From Christensenella sp. UBA7584 (GTDB lineage: Bacteria; Bacillota; Clostridia; Christensenellales; UBA1242): a stretch of DNA of 64,000 nt. The stretch's first letter is position 1; every line of letters begins with the position of its first letter. The position numbers were made by a program, and so were the translations under genes. The stretch is taken from assembly GCA_002477805.1 (NCBI GenBank), contig DLKQ01000038.1, positions 11,476 through 75,475 on the forward strand. Direction: 5' to 3'. Shown in pieces: positions 18,137 to 28,903 of this stretch. The notes beneath the pieces were generated by a model, which saw nothing but the letters and a program-made list of their open reading frames with translations, was not told where the DNA came from and made no database searches.

Positions 18137-18862
18137 ATGGAAAAGAAAATTAAAAAGTGGCTTGTACCACTATTTAGCAATTTTGCAATTATTCTTATGT
18201 TAGCTATGCTTTCTGTACTGACTTTTACAAACCAAAGTAAAACGGTTTTTGTGAACGAAACAGAGGGACTATACTATAATGGAAACGAAAATAACCCAAA
18301 TGTTTCGCTTATGATAAATGTATATTGGGGAAATGAATATCTTGAGGAAATGCTTGACACTCTAAAAGAATATGATATAAAAACAACTTTTTTTGTAGGT
18401 GGAAGTTGGGTTGCAAAGTATCCAGAACTTTTTATGAGAATTTATAATGATGGTCACGAAATTGGTAATCACGGTTTTAATCATAAGGACCACGATAAAC
18501 TAAATTATACTCAAAATCAAACTGAAATTTTAGCAAATCATAAAATAGTAAAAGAATACACTGATAAGGATATGAAATTGTTTGCTCCACCATCTGGAGC
18601 TTTTTCGTCAACCACATTACAAGTTGCAAATGAACTTGGATATGATACTATTATGTGGAGTAAAGATACAATAGATTGGAGAGATCAAGATAAAGATTTA
18701 ATTTTTAAGCGTGCAACAACCAAAATAAAAAACGGCGACTTAATTCTTATGCATCCAACTAGGTGTACAAGTTTGGCTTTAAAAGATATAATTACAAGTT
18801 TGCAAACACAAGGTTTTAAAATTGTTACAGTTTCTAAAAATATTTACACCGATATTGATTGA
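18137..18862 (+). CDS. Polysaccharide deacetylase (NodB homology), membrane-anchored, sporulation-type
   Basis: N-terminal TM helix. HEIGNHGFNH metal-binding motif, WSKDTIDW and LMHP motifs. Confidence 0.8.
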   Translation: MEKKIKKWLVPLFSNFAIILMLAMLSVLTFTNQSKTVFVNETEGLYYNGNENNPNVSLMINVYWGNEYLEEMLDTLKEYDIKTTFFVGGSWVAKYPELFMRIYNDGHEIGNHGFNHKDHDKLNYTQNQTEILANHKIVKEYTDKDMKLFAPPSGAFSSTTLQVANELGYDTIMWSKDTIDWRDQDKDLIFKRATTKIKNGDLILMHPTRCTSLALKDIITSLQTQGFKIVTVSKNIYTDID

Positions 18863-18910
18863 TTTTTTTTATACAAATTGCTATAATGATAGGTATGTAG
18901 AGGTGAAATT

Positions 18911-20179
18911 ATGTTAACTTTAAAAACCTATCCTTGTGGTCTAAGACTTGTTATTGATTATTTACCGGACAGACAAGTTGAAAATGTTGCTTTTTTTGTA
19001 GCTTCGGGTGCGGGGTATGATTTAGAAAATAAAGAAGGAATTGCACATTTTTATGAGCATATGTTCTTTAAGAGTACCAAAAATAGAAGTAGTTATGATG
19101 TAAACTTACAGCTTGACAATTTGGGTGCGGGTGGAAATGCTTACACTGGGCACGACAAAACTTGTTATTATAGTAAGGTAACAACAGATCAAACTGAAAA
19201 ACTTTTTGAACTACTGAGTGACTGTTTTTTTAACGGACTTTTTCTTGATGAAGAGATTAGGACTGAAAAAGGTGTAGTTTGCAGTGAGATAGACAGATAC
19301 CAAGACGATTATCTAGATTGTTCAATAGAAGCTTTTAATAAAATATTTTTTGACGGAACTAGTTATTCTCATCCTATATTGGGTAGTAAAGAAAGTGTTA
19401 TGAGTATAACATCAGAGGATTTAAAAGAGTATCGTAAAAAAAATAATACTGCAGAACATCTGATAATTTCTGTTGCTGGTGGAGTTTGTCCAGAGGAAAT
19501 TGAAAGATTTGTAAAAAAATATGTCCTCCCTAATTTTGAAGGAGTAGGCGAACCTGTTGTTTATTCAAACGCCGAGCAGACAATTTTTAAACCTAAACAA
19601 AATCTTGTTTTTACACAAAAAACAACAGAACAAGTGTATCTTTTTTACGGTTGTCCAATTGAGAGAATTGATAATGAAAAATTTATTCTTTCAAGGATTG
19701 GTTCAATTTTGTTTGGTGGGGTTATGAGTTCTAGATTGTTTCAAAGACTTAGAGAAAAAGAAGGGCTTGTATACTCAGTTAGTTCAAGTGTTGACAGTTT
19801 GGCTGTAAGTGGTTGTTTTACTTCATTTTTAATTACAAATAAATCAAATGCCAAAAAGGCAATTTTAGCCTTTAAAGATGAAATAGACAATTTTCTAGAA
19901 AAAGGGTTTTCTGAATCGGAATTGGAGAATGGGAAAACACTTCTTAAAGCCAATTTAAAAATATCAAATGACAATCTAAGTACAAGAACAATCCGTAATG
20001 CTTCTTATATTCTAGACAAAGGAAAATGTTTTGATATTGATGAAGAGATACAAAAAATCGATTCATTAGCACTGCAAGATTTAAACAGTCACTTTAGAAA
20101 TATTTTGATAAATAAAAATTATATTGTTAGCATTTGTGCAAATGAAAACGACTTGAATGTTTTGGAATTATTAAAATAA
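18911..20179 (+). CDS. M16 family (pitrilysin-like) zinc peptidase
   Basis: Inverted zincin HxxEH motif in AHFYEHMFF. Its position after pnp and the deacetylase matches Firmicute ymxG/mlpA. Confidence 0.8.
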   Translation: MLTLKTYPCGLRLVIDYLPDRQVENVAFFVASGAGYDLENKEGIAHFYEHMFFKSTKNRSSYDVNLQLDNLGAGGNAYTGHDKTCYYSKVTTDQTEKLFELLSDCFFNGLFLDEEIRTEKGVVCSEIDRYQDDYLDCSIEAFNKIFFDGTSYSHPILGSKESVMSITSEDLKEYRKKNNTAEHLIISVAGGVCPEEIERFVKKYVLPNFEGVGEPVVYSNAEQTIFKPKQNLVFTQKTTEQVYLFYGCPIERIDNEKFILSRIGSILFGGVMSSRLFQRLREKEGLVYSVSSSVDSLAVSGCFTSFLITNKSNAKKAILAFKDEIDNFLEKGFSESELENGKTLLKANLKISNDNLSTRTIRNASYILDKGKCFDIDEEIQKIDSLALQDLNSHFRNILINKNYIVSICANENDLNVLELLK

Positions 20180-20211
20180 TTTAGGGAAAAATTAAAAATT
20201 AGGAGAAAAGA

Positions 20212-23010
20212 TTGGCAAAATATACATCGCATAATTTGAGTAGCAACAAAAGACTTTCCACTAAAACAAAGTGGGGTATTTCTCTATTTGTTGTTTCGTT
20301 TGTGCTTTTATTTTTGGTTGCAACCAATTTTATTGTACCAGTTCACGATTTTATTTTAGGCGTATTTGGACTCTGTATTTATCCTATTCTTTTGGTTCTT
20401 ATGGGAACAGGTGTTCTTCTTATGCTTAAAAAAGAATATTATGTTGAAAAGATATATTTAATTACAATCATTACTTTGTTTTTTCTTTTAGTTTGTTTTT
20501 TTCAACTTGTTCTAACTAACCTAAGTTTAAATTTTTCAGATTATATTTCAGCGTGCTATAGTTCAAAAAATACTGCTGGAGGCGTTATTATTGGTCTTAT
20601 TGTCTATGGACTAAATGCTGGTCTTGGGGTATGGGGAACAATAGTCCTTGAAATAATATGCGTAATTGTATGTGTGGCATTAATTATAGATCACTTTTTG
20701 AAAATGAAGGAATACAAAAGTATATCAGCAAGAACACTGAGTTTTCCTACAAACGAAAAAGAAGAGGGTAAATCAAACATAAAAATTAAAAAATTTGTCA
20801 AGGAAGAAAATATAGCAAAGACAAAAGAAGAAAAGCCAAAAATAACTCTAGATTCTTATATCGACAAAAAAGAAGAAGCTAAAAAATCATTATTAGATAA
20901 AACTTCATATAAAAATGAAGATGATATGGCTATTTCTATTTTCGGTGAAGAATTTGTTAATTCTATTAAAGGTAATGAAAAAAATACAAGAAGTAGTGAA
21001 GTAAAAAAGGAATATACACTATCAGAGCTTTACGAAGAAAAAAAGAAATTGAATAATGAAGATATGCTTTTTACAAGAGAATTAACAAAAGGGCCCAGCA
21101 GATTTATACACAATGAAGAAAAACCTTCTTTAAAACATAAATTTGATTTTACAAATGCCAATTCATTTGAGAATTTTAAAAATCAGCGAAGTGAAACCTC
21201 ATCTAATATTCAGGATTTTAAAAATTTTGAAGAACCGATAAATGATTTTAAAAATCCAAAAAGAGATTTTGAAAAACGTTCCTTAAATAATCAAGCAAGC
21301 ACTCACATTAATGAAAATATAACAAAAGATTTTGAAGCTGATTTTAAACCACAAAATATTATTGATATAAATGAACTTGACCTTGATGAAAAAGATGATG
21401 TAAGTGAAATTATTGCGCCAAAGCAACCGGCAGCAAATCCAATTCCTATCTATAGTAGCAAACCAAAACCAGAAATCAAGCCAGAGCAAACGAGAATGTC
21501 CGCAACTGAAAATCAAAAACCGAAGAAGAGAAACAAGCCAGTCCCATATGTTAGACCACCAATTGACCTTTTGACAACAAAATCAACTCAGTTTAAAGAA
21601 AATGAAGAAGATTTTCAGACAAAAGCTGTAACGCTTGAAGAAACTTTGGAAAGTTTTAAAATTCCTGCGAAAGTAATGGGCATAACAAGAGGGCCAGCTG
21701 TCACTAGGTATGAACTTCAAATGCCTGTAGGTATTCCTGTTAAACGAATAACTCAACATACCGATGATATAGCAATGATGCTTGAAAGTAGGGGGAGTGT
21801 CAGAATTGAAACACCAATTCCTGGTCGAAGTTTAGTGGGGGTTGAGGTTCCAAACGAGCAAATTGCAACTATTGGTCTAAAAGATGTTTTAGATACTGAG
21901 TTATTTCTTAATAGCAAGGCTTCCTTAACTTTTGCACTTGGAAAAGATATTGCAGGCGAATGTAAGGTTTGTAATCTTGAAACTATGCCACATCTATTAG
22001 TAGCTGGTTCTACTGGAAGCGGAAAAAGTGTTTGCCTTAATGTAATACTTATTAGTCTTTTGTATAAACTTGGACCGAATGACTTGAAACTTATTTTAGT
22101 TGACCCAAAACGTGTTGAATTTGTAACATATAATTATCTTCCACATATGCTTATTCCAAAAGCTATAAACGAAGCACAGCAAGCATTAAATGCTCTTGAT
22201 TGGGCGATAAAAGAAATGACTCGTAGATATGACATATTCAGTGAAAAGAATGTTAAGAACTTCAAAGAGTATAATGCTCTACCAGAGGTTTACAAGGGTG
22301 AAGAAGATAAGCTTCCTTATATTGTGATTGTTATTGATGAGTTAGCTGATTTGATGATGCTTGCTGGTCACGAATTGGAAGAGAAAATTCAAAGGTTGAC
22401 ACAGCTAGCAAGGGCTGCAGGTATACATCTAATCTTAGCAACACAAAGGCCATCTGTCAATGTTATTACTGGAGTAATTAAATCAAATCTTCCATCAAGA
22501 ATAGCGTTTGCAGTGACGGATTTTGCTTCATCAAAAACTATTTTGGATAAAGGTGGAGCGGAAAAACTTCTTGGTCGTGGTGATATGCTTTATGCTCCAC
22601 AAAATTTACCCGAACCTATCAGAATTCAATGTCCATATGTGGATAGTAAAGAAGTCGTAAATATTACAAACTTTATTAAAGAGCACAACACAACAGAATT
22701 TGATGACACTATTTCAAACTATATTAAAAATGGTGAAAAGACAAATTCACCAGCTAGTGGAGATACATCATCAGATTCAAATGGTTGGGACCCATTGCTT
22801 CCGAAAGCACTTTTGGATTTTATCCAAGCCGGAGAGGGGTCTGCATCAATGATACAGCGAAGACATAGTATTGGTTATGTTAGAGCAGGAAGAATTATTG
22901 ACCAAATGGAAAATGCAGGGTTTATTTCTCCTAAAGACCCCGCAAAACAAATGCGTAGCGTTCTAATAACAATAGACAAATATAATGAAATTTTTGGAGA
23001 AGAAAATTAA
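20212..23010 (+). CDS. ftsK: FtsK/SpoIIIE family DNA translocase
   Basis: TTG start behind AGGAG. N-terminal TM block, long low-complexity linker, Walker A GSTGSGKS, Walker B VIVIDELADL, C-terminal winged-helix gamma domain. Confidence 0.9.
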   Translation: MAKYTSHNLSSNKRLSTKTKWGISLFVVSFVLLFLVATNFIVPVHDFILGVFGLCIYPILLVLMGTGVLLMLKKEYYVEKIYLITIITLFFLLVCFFQLVLTNLSLNFSDYISACYSSKNTAGGVIIGLIVYGLNAGLGVWGTIVLEIICVIVCVALIIDHFLKMKEYKSISARTLSFPTNEKEEGKSNIKIKKFVKEENIAKTKEEKPKITLDSYIDKKEEAKKSLLDKTSYKNEDDMAISIFGEEFVNSIKGNEKNTRSSEVKKEYTLSELYEEKKKLNNEDMLFTRELTKGPSRFIHNEEKPSLKHKFDFTNANSFENFKNQRSETSSNIQDFKNFEEPINDFKNPKRDFEKRSLNNQASTHINENITKDFEADFKPQNIIDINELDLDEKDDVSEIIAPKQPAANPIPIYSSKPKPEIKPEQTRMSATENQKPKKRNKPVPYVRPPIDLLTTKSTQFKENEEDFQTKAVTLEETLESFKIPAKVMGITRGPAVTRYELQMPVGIPVKRITQHTDDIAMMLESRGSVRIETPIPGRSLVGVEVPNEQIATIGLKDVLDTELFLNSKASLTFALGKDIAGECKVCNLETMPHLLVAGSTGSGKSVCLNVILISLLYKLGPNDLKLILVDPKRVEFVTYNYLPHMLIPKAINEAQQALNALDWAIKEMTRRYDIFSEKNVKNFKEYNALPEVYKGEEDKLPYIVIVIDELADLMMLAGHELEEKIQRLTQLARAAGIHLILATQRPSVNVITGVIKSNLPSRIAFAVTDFASSKTILDKGGAEKLLGRGDMLYAPQNLPEPIRIQCPYVDSKEVVNITNFIKEHNTTEFDDTISNYIKNGEKTNSPASGDTSSDSNGWDPLLPKALLDFIQAGEGSASMIQRRHSIGYVRAGRIIDQMENAGFISPKDPAKQMRSVLITIDKYNEIFGEEN

Positions 23011-23027
23011 ACTAAGGGGATATAAAA

Positions 23028-23648
23028 ATGAATTTACCAAACAAACTTTCAATGCTAAGAATTATATTAGTTCCAATTATGATGTTTTTCTATCTTGCAA
23101 CATTCATAAACCCTTGGGGTAAGTTTGTTGCAGCAGCTATTTTTATAATAGCTGCACTTACAGATTTACTTGATGGGAAAATTGCGAGAAAAACCAATCA
23201 AGTAACAGACCTTGGAAAATTACTTGACCCAACCGCTGACAGATTACTTTATAACTGTGGGTTACTCTTAGTGGTTGCTGATGGAACTATTCCAATGCCA
23301 TATGGTGTTATTGGTCTTGCTATATTACTTTTTAGGGACTTTATTATAAGCGGAATAAGGCAAATAGCAGCCAGTAAGGGCGTAGTTGTTGCTGCAGTGT
23401 GGAGTGGAAAACTTAAGGCAATTCTTCATTATACACACATTCCAATGTTTATTCTTCTCGCTGGAACATCAAGTTTTTCAGGGGCATTTTGGGATACTTT
23501 TAATTATGTTTTATTTATACTTGCTATTGTTATTTTTGCTGCAGCAACAGTTGTGACAATTTGGTCTGTTGTGGATTATTATGTAAAAAATAAAGATATA
23601 ATGAAAGACGGAAAAGAGGAAAAAGCACAAATTGATGAGGAAAAATGA
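23028..23648 (+). CDS. pgsA: CDP-diacylglycerol--glycerol-3-phosphate 3-phosphatidyltransferase
   Basis: CDP-alcohol phosphatidyltransferase motif DLLDGKIAR...G..LDP.AD. Confidence 0.9.
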   Translation: MNLPNKLSMLRIILVPIMMFFYLATFINPWGKFVAAAIFIIAALTDLLDGKIARKTNQVTDLGKLLDPTADRLLYNCGLLLVVADGTIPMPYGVIGLAILLFRDFIISGIRQIAASKGVVVAAVWSGKLKAILHYTHIPMFILLAGTSSFSGAFWDTFNYVLFILAIVIFAAATVVTIWSVVDYYVKNKDIMKDGKEEKAQIDEEK

Positions 23649-24727
23649 AAGCAAATCTCATAGTTTTAAAAACACAAGAGAGTCAAGAAGCGTTCTATAC
23701 ATCAATTGAGCCAACATTAACAAGGAAAATGGCTCAAAACGGTGTGGAGATTTCTAAAACAATAATATTTAAAAGTTCTGATGAGTTTAATAAAAGTCTT
23801 TTTGCGCTCCTTGAAAGTTGTTCTATAATTGTGGTTGATATGTCTATAGAAAATATAGGCATTATCTTCAATCAACTTGACAAGTTTTATGGGACACAAG
23901 CAAATCAATTTTCGCAGGGCAAAATATGGATTGACCAAAATGTAAGTAGAACTTGTATAATGTTTGATATGAATGAGGTTGATTTTGTGAACAAACTTGA
24001 TACAAAATTTTTAAAACAGATTTTTGCACCTACGAAATTTTTGACCCTTATTAAAACTTACGGACTCGACGAAAGTGAAATTAAAAAAGTTTTTCTTTCT
24101 ATTCCAAATCCCGAGAATTTTGAGTGGTATATTACATCAAATTTTTTAGATTGTGAAATAAGTATACTCGCTGAAGCTGATTATTATAACTCAAATCAAA
24201 TTTGTAGCTATATACGGCATATTTACGAAATACTTTCTGATTATATCTACTCAGACAATGATGAATCCTTATTTGACAAGTTAGAAGAGCTTTTATCAGT
24301 GCGCAACACAAAACTTTCTATTTGTGATAGCCTCACTAATGGTATATTTCAGACAATGATGATTAATAATTTAAGAAATTACAACCAAAAAGTTATAACT
24401 TTTTATAATATCAACAAAACGGAAGATTATATTAATGATTTAAAAATTAGTCCTCAGTTTCTAGGAAGATATGAACTTAATTCGGTTGAAGTAATTTATG
24501 AAATGGCTACGTCTTTAATTGAAAACACACCTTGTAATATTGCTTTAGTTCTTGCTGGTACAATTGAAAGACCTTTTATAGCAGTGGGAGATAGTGAAGC
24601 TATTCATCTTTATAAATTTCATTTTAATCACACTCATTCTTTAATAAACAATATAATGATTCAGACTTCAATTTTTAAATTAATAAAAAAAATGAAAAAA
24701 ATGATAGACTTTTTTGAAAAAATGTGA
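23645..24727 (+). CDS. Divergent CinA-like protein (conserved motifs degenerate)
   Basis: It sits between pgsA and recA and has about the length of cinA. The N-terminus MKANLIVL resembles CinA MKAEIIAVG. The C-terminal region has CDSLTNG where I recall ESCTGG. Confidence 0.45.
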   Translation: MKANLIVLKTQESQEAFYTSIEPTLTRKMAQNGVEISKTIIFKSSDEFNKSLFALLESCSIIVVDMSIENIGIIFNQLDKFYGTQANQFSQGKIWIDQNVSRTCIMFDMNEVDFVNKLDTKFLKQIFAPTKFLTLIKTYGLDESEIKKVFLSIPNPENFEWYITSNFLDCEISILAEADYYNSNQICSYIRHIYEILSDYIYSDNDESLFDKLEELLSVRNTKLSICDSLTNGIFQTMMINNLRNYNQKVITFYNINKTEDYINDLKISPQFLGRYELNSVEVIYEMATSLIENTPCNIALVLAGTIERPFIAVGDSEAIHLYKFHFNHTHSLINNIMIQTSIFKLIKKMKKMIDFFEKM

Positions 24728-24763
24728 TACTATTAGAACAAATGAACTAAAGGAAATTTCGTT

Positions 24764-25759
24764 ATGATTGAAAAAGAAAAAGTTTTAGAACAAACAATAT
24801 CACAAATTGAAAAACAATTTGGAAAAGGCTCTATTATGAGATTAGGTGAAACAGTATATGAAAATATAGACGTTTTTCCAACAGGCTGTTTGACACTTGA
24901 TTTAGCACTTGGAATTGGAGGAGTACCACGCGGTAGAATTGTGGAAATTTATGGTCCAGAAAGTTCAGGTAAGACAACTGTTGCCCTTCACATTGTTGCT
25001 CAAGCACAAAAACAAGGTTGTGTTGCAGCTTTTATTGATGCAGAGCACGCTCTTGACCCTATTTATGCTCAAAAACTTGGTGTAAATCTTGAGGACCTTT
25101 ATGTTTCTCAACCTGACAACGGAGAGCAAGCACTAGATATAACTGAAAGTTTGGTTAGAAGTGGAGCTGTAGATTTGGTTATAGTAGACTCTGTGGCAGC
25201 ACTAACACCAAGAGCTGAAATTGATGGAGAAATGGGTGATAGCCATGTTGGACTTTTAGCTAGATTAATGAGTCAGGCAATGAGAAAACTTACTGCAATA
25301 ATTAACAAATCGCACGTGTGTGTTATTTTTATTAATCAGCTCAGAGAAAAAGTTGGTGTTATGTTTGGTAATCCTGAGACAACAACAGGAGGCAAAGCTT
25401 TAAAGTTTTATGCAAGTATTCGTCTTGATGTGAGAAAATCTGATACAATAAAAGAAGGTGTTGATGCAATCGGAAACAGAACAAAAGTTAAGGTTGTTAA
25501 AAACAAGCTTGCTCCACCGTTCAAAACTGCGGAATTTGATATTATTTATGGTAAAGGTATCTCAAGAGAAGGTTGCGTTCTTGACCTTGCTATAGAAAAT
25601 AATTTGATACAAAAGAGTGGCGCTTGGTTTTCATTTAATGACAATAAAATAGGTCAGGGAAAGGAAAATGCAAAACAATACCTTGTTGAGAATCCAGACT
25701 TTTGTGCTGAATTGGAAAATAAAATTAGAGAAATTGTTAAGAATAAACCAATCCTGTAA
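24764..25759 (+). CDS. recA: Recombinase RecA
   Basis: Walker [17 protein letters not shown] and GNPETTTGG loop motifs. Confidence 0.97.
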   Translation: MIEKEKVLEQTISQIEKQFGKGSIMRLGETVYENIDVFPTGCLTLDLALGIGGVPRGRIVEIYGPESSGKTTVALHIVAQAQKQGCVAAFIDAEHALDPIYAQKLGVNLEDLYVSQPDNGEQALDITESLVRSGAVDLVIVDSVAALTPRAEIDGEMGDSHVGLLARLMSQAMRKLTAIINKSHVCVIFINQLREKVGVMFGNPETTTGGKALKFYASIRLDVRKSDTIKEGVDAIGNRTKVKVVKNKLAPPFKTAEFDIIYGKGISREGCVLDLAIENNLIQKSGAWFSFNDNKIGQGKENAKQYLVENPDFCAELENKIREIVKNKPIL

Positions 25760-25763
25760 GCTA

Positions 25764-25786
25764 AAAGACCTTTAAAGGTCTTTTTT
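25764..25786 (+). terminator. Intrinsic terminator after recA
   Basis: AAAGACCTTTAAAGGTCTTT followed by TTT. Confidence 0.85.
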
Positions 25787-25788
25787 AC

Positions 25789-25817
25789 TTGACATTGAGC
25801 ATTATTTGAATTAAAAT
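25789..25817 (+). promoter_or_regulatory. SigA-type promoter of rny
   Basis: TTGACA (25789-25794), 17-nt spacer, TAAAAT (25812-25817). Confidence 0.7.
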
Positions 25818-25859
25818 TAGATTGTATAGAGATATACTAAAAAATTAAAGGAGATACGT

Positions 25860-27455
25860 ATGCTAAGCACCATAAACACTGGAATGCTTGGCGTGGGAAC
25901 TGCTGCTTTTGTTTTATCGCTTGTTGGGGCGATTATAGTAGGAATAACTTGTGGAATACTTTTAATAAAATTTATCATAAGCAAAAATATAAATAAAACA
26001 AAAGCAAATGCTTCTAAAATTTTAGAAGAAGCTTGTCAAGAAGCTAAAACTATATTGAAAGAGGCTAAGTTATCTGCGCAGGAGATGGCCTTAAATATTA
26101 AATCTGAAGTCGAAAATGAAATAAATAACCGTAGAAACGAAATAGAAAAACTCAATGATAGATATCTTCAAAGAGAAGAATTTATTAATAACAAAGAACA
26201 AAATCTTGAAAAAAGAAGTGAAAGCCTTGAAATTTTAAAAGATAAATTGGCTGTAAAAGAACAAGAGCTTGAAAATAAAAAACTTGAACTAGAAAATAAA
26301 AATAATGAAATCATATCTGAACTTGAAAGAATTTCATTATTATCAAAAGAAGATGCAAAAAAAATGCTTATGGAAACAATTGAACAAGATGCAAAATATG
26401 ATGCAGCTATTCTTGTAAAAAATATTGAACAAGATGCTAAGGATACAGCACTTAAAAAAGCAACAGAGATTGTTTCCCTTGCAATTCAACAATATTCAGC
26501 CGATATTACTAGTGAAACTACTTCTTCAACTGTGATTTTACCTAATGAGGAGATGAAAGGTAGGCTTATTGGTAGAGAAGGACGAAATATTAAAGCACTT
26601 GAGCAAGCAACTGGAATTGATGTAATTATAGATGACACACCGGAAGCAATTGTTCTTTCTGGATTTGACCCAATTAGGCGAGAAATTGCAAGGATATCTA
26701 TACAAAAACTTATGCAAGATGGACGAATACATCCTGCACGAATAGAAGAAACTGTTCAAAAGGTTAAAAAGGATATTCAACAAGACATAAAAGAAGCAGG
26801 TGAACAAGCTATACTTGAATCAGGTATTCACGGACTAAATAATGAACTTGTAAAGCTTTTGGGAAGAATGAAATTTAGAACAAGTTATGGTCAGAATATG
26901 TTAAATCATAGTCTAGAAGTATCATATTTTGCCGGAAAAATGGCAGAAGAACTTGGACTTGATGCTAATGTCGCAAGAAGAGGTGGTTTGCTACACGATA
27001 TTGGAAAAGCTGTTGATTTTGAAGTCGAGGGTACTCACGTAAGTATTGGTGTGGAACTTGCAAAGAAATACAAAGAAAATGCTAAAGTTATAAATTGTAT
27101 TGAAGCACATCACGGAGATGTTGAATTTAATTGTATGGAGGCAGTTCTTGTTCAAGCTGCAGATGTTATATCAAGTAGTAGACCTGGAGCTCGCAGAGAA
27201 TCGGTGGAAAATTATATAAAGAGACTTAAAAAGCTTGAAGAAATTTCGAATTCCTTTAAGGGTGTAGAAAAATCTTATGCTATTCAGGCTGGGAGAGAAA
27301 TTAGGATAATTGTTCAACCAGAAACAGTAAGTGATGCTCAGGCTTTGTTCTTAGCAAAGGAAATTGCAAAAAAGATTGAAAAAGAGATGGATTACCCAGG
27401 ACAAATAAAAGTGAATGTAATTCGAGAGACAAGGTCAATAGAATATGCAAAATAA
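25860..27455 (+). CDS. rny: Ribonuclease Y
   Basis: N-terminal TM helix, coiled coil, KH domain ([11 protein letters not shown]), HD domain (LLHDIGK, EAHHGD). Confidence 0.95.
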   Translation: MLSTINTGMLGVGTAAFVLSLVGAIIVGITCGILLIKFIISKNINKTKANASKILEEACQEAKTILKEAKLSAQEMALNIKSEVENEINNRRNEIEKLNDRYLQREEFINNKEQNLEKRSESLEILKDKLAVKEQELENKKLELENKNNEIISELERISLLSKEDAKKMLMETIEQDAKYDAAILVKNIEQDAKDTALKKATEIVSLAIQQYSADITSETTSSTVILPNEEMKGRLIGREGRNIKALEQATGIDVIIDDTPEAIVLSGFDPIRREIARISIQKLMQDGRIHPARIEETVQKVKKDIQQDIKEAGEQAILESGIHGLNNELVKLLGRMKFRTSYGQNMLNHSLEVSYFAGKMAEELGLDANVARRGGLLHDIGKAVDFEVEGTHVSIGVELAKKYKENAKVINCIEAHHGDVEFNCMEAVLVQAADVISSSRPGARRESVENYIKRLKKLEEISNSFKGVEKSYAIQAGREIRIIVQPETVSDAQALFLAKEIAKKIEKEMDYPGQIKVNVIRETRSIEYAK

Positions 27456-27605
27456 TGGCTTTAAGTCATTATTTTTTCTTGTATAATTGATTATTTTAAT
27501 GTATTTAATTAGTTTATTAATATTATGCAAATAACATTACAAGAAGTTGTTAACGGAATTAAATAATAAAGGACATTTTATCTAAGTGCTCTCATATATA
27601 ACTTT

Positions 27606-28430
27606 ATGATTAAAATTTGTGATTCACACAATGATTTATTATATAAATTAAAAAATGATAATGATATTAAAAACTACCTTGGTACATTGCCAAAGGGTAT
27701 AGAAAAGCTTTTTTGTGCATATTTTTCTTATGATAATGAAAAATGGGCTAGTGTTGAGGATATAGCAAAAAAATTCCAATCATTAAAAAGTTTCAAAAAT
27801 GCGATTCCTAGCGTCGAAAATTGTTGGTTTGTTAATGAGGCAAACTTATATGACTTTATACACTGTAGGCCATTTTGTGCCACTTTAACGCATAATACTG
27901 ACAACAAATTGTGTGGCGGAGCTCTTGGGAACGGTGATATAACTATATTAGGGGGAAAAGTCATTCGTTCTTTTGAAAAACATAATATTTTTGTTGATAC
28001 AGCTCATATGAACGAGAAAAGTTTTTGGTCTTTTTGTAATCTGAGTACAAAACCATTATTTAATTCTCATACGGGTTTTAATTTTTTCTTTACACACAAA
28101 CGTAATTTATCTAATAGTCAGATAATGGAAATTGTTCGGAGCAGAGGGTATATCGGACTCGCAATGTATCCGTACTTTTTTTCAAACTATTTAATAACTT
28201 CAAACAAATTTTGTGAAATTATTTGCAAGTTTTGGGATAAGTTCGGAACAAAAACACTTGGATTTGGAACAGATTTTAATGGTATTGAAGTATTGCCAAA
28301 AGATATAACAAATTACAATGATTTAACCAAAATTGCGATTAAATTGAAAAGAATGGGTGCAAGTGATGAAGAAGTTGACTCATTATTTTCTGGGAATTTA
28401 ATGCACTTTATGAATAGTAATAGTAGATAA
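27606..28430 (+). CDS. Membrane dipeptidase (peptidase M19)-like protein, short form
   Basis: N-terminal ICDSHNDLL resembles the M19 DxHxDL motif; DTAHM and GTDFNG motifs are also present. It is shorter than typical family members. Confidence 0.55.
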   Translation: MIKICDSHNDLLYKLKNDNDIKNYLGTLPKGIEKLFCAYFSYDNEKWASVEDIAKKFQSLKSFKNAIPSVENCWFVNEANLYDFIHCRPFCATLTHNTDNKLCGGALGNGDITILGGKVIRSFEKHNIFVDTAHMNEKSFWSFCNLSTKPLFNSHTGFNFFFTHKRNLSNSQIMEIVRSRGYIGLAMYPYFFSNYLITSNKFCEIICKFWDKFGTKTLGFGTDFNGIEVLPKDITNYNDLTKIAIKLKRMGASDEEVDSLFSGNLMHFMNSNSR

Positions 28431-28631
28431 ATCTCAGAGAGCTTTTCTTGGATTTTTGAAGGCAGATTTAAAAGCTAGTAAGATATACAAATTTTTCAAG
28501 AGCTAACTACCCATATACAGAATTACACTATCTTTAATGCTATACCACCAAAAATTAGATACCCTTCAGTATTTAAAGGATATTTACCCAAAAATACACT
28601 GCTGATAGACTGATGATAGACTGAAAAAAAC

Positions 28632-28669
28632 AAAAATAGTTAGAAAAAACTAACTATCTTTTTATTTTG
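28632..28669. terminator. Bidirectional terminator between the dipeptidase-like gene and tRNA-Trp
   Basis: ATAGTTAG-aaaaaa-CTAACTAT flanked by an A-run upstream and CTTTTTATTTT downstream. Confidence 0.75.
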
Positions 28670-28728
28670 TACACAATCTAAATCAAATAAAGTATTTCGT
28701 AGAATAATTGTTCAGATTATGTGATAAT

Positions 28729-28804
28729 TGGCAGGGGAGCAGAGACTCGAACTCTGAACCAATGGTTTTGGAGACCACTACTCTACCATTGAGCCACTCC
28801 CCTG
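28729..28804 (-). tRNA. tRNA-Trp (anticodon CCA), CCA encoded
   Basis: The reverse complement CAGGGGAGTGGCTCAATGGTAGAG... has anticodon stem GTGGT/ACCAT with loop CTCCAAA and T-loop GGTTCGAGTCT. Length 76 nt. Confidence 0.95.
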
Positions 28805-28814
28805 TATATTTTTC

Positions 28815-28843
28815 ATTATACAAAATTTTTTCAAAATAGTCAA
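28815..28843 (-). promoter_or_regulatory. SigA-type promoter of tRNA-Trp
   Basis: Minus strand: TTGACT, 17-nt spacer, TGtTATAAT. The -10 element ends about 10 nt before the mature tRNA 5' end. Confidence 0.65.
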
Positions 28844-28860
28844 TAAAATAGTAAAAATTG

Positions 28861-28889
28861 TTGCAAAAATTTTTAAAAGTTATTATAAT
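28861..28889 (+). promoter_or_regulatory. SigA-type promoter of rnhA
   Basis: TTGCAA (28861-28866), 17-nt spacer, TATAAT (28884-28889), then an AAAGAGG RBS. Confidence 0.7.
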
Positions 28890-28903
28890 AACATAAAGAG
28901 GTA

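Noticed and set aside
24736-24749. Possible SOS box AGAACAAATGAACT upstream of recA
   Set aside because: Only the first half-site fits GAAC-N4-GTTC; the second reads GAAC instead of GTTC. I leave it uncalled. recA may be controlled from further upstream or by a divergent box.
28600-28625. Tandem duplication GATAGACTGAT / GATAGACTGAA
   Set aside because: There are only two 11-nt units and no spacer architecture. It is not a CRISPR or a meaningful satellite and is probably slippage in an intergenic region.
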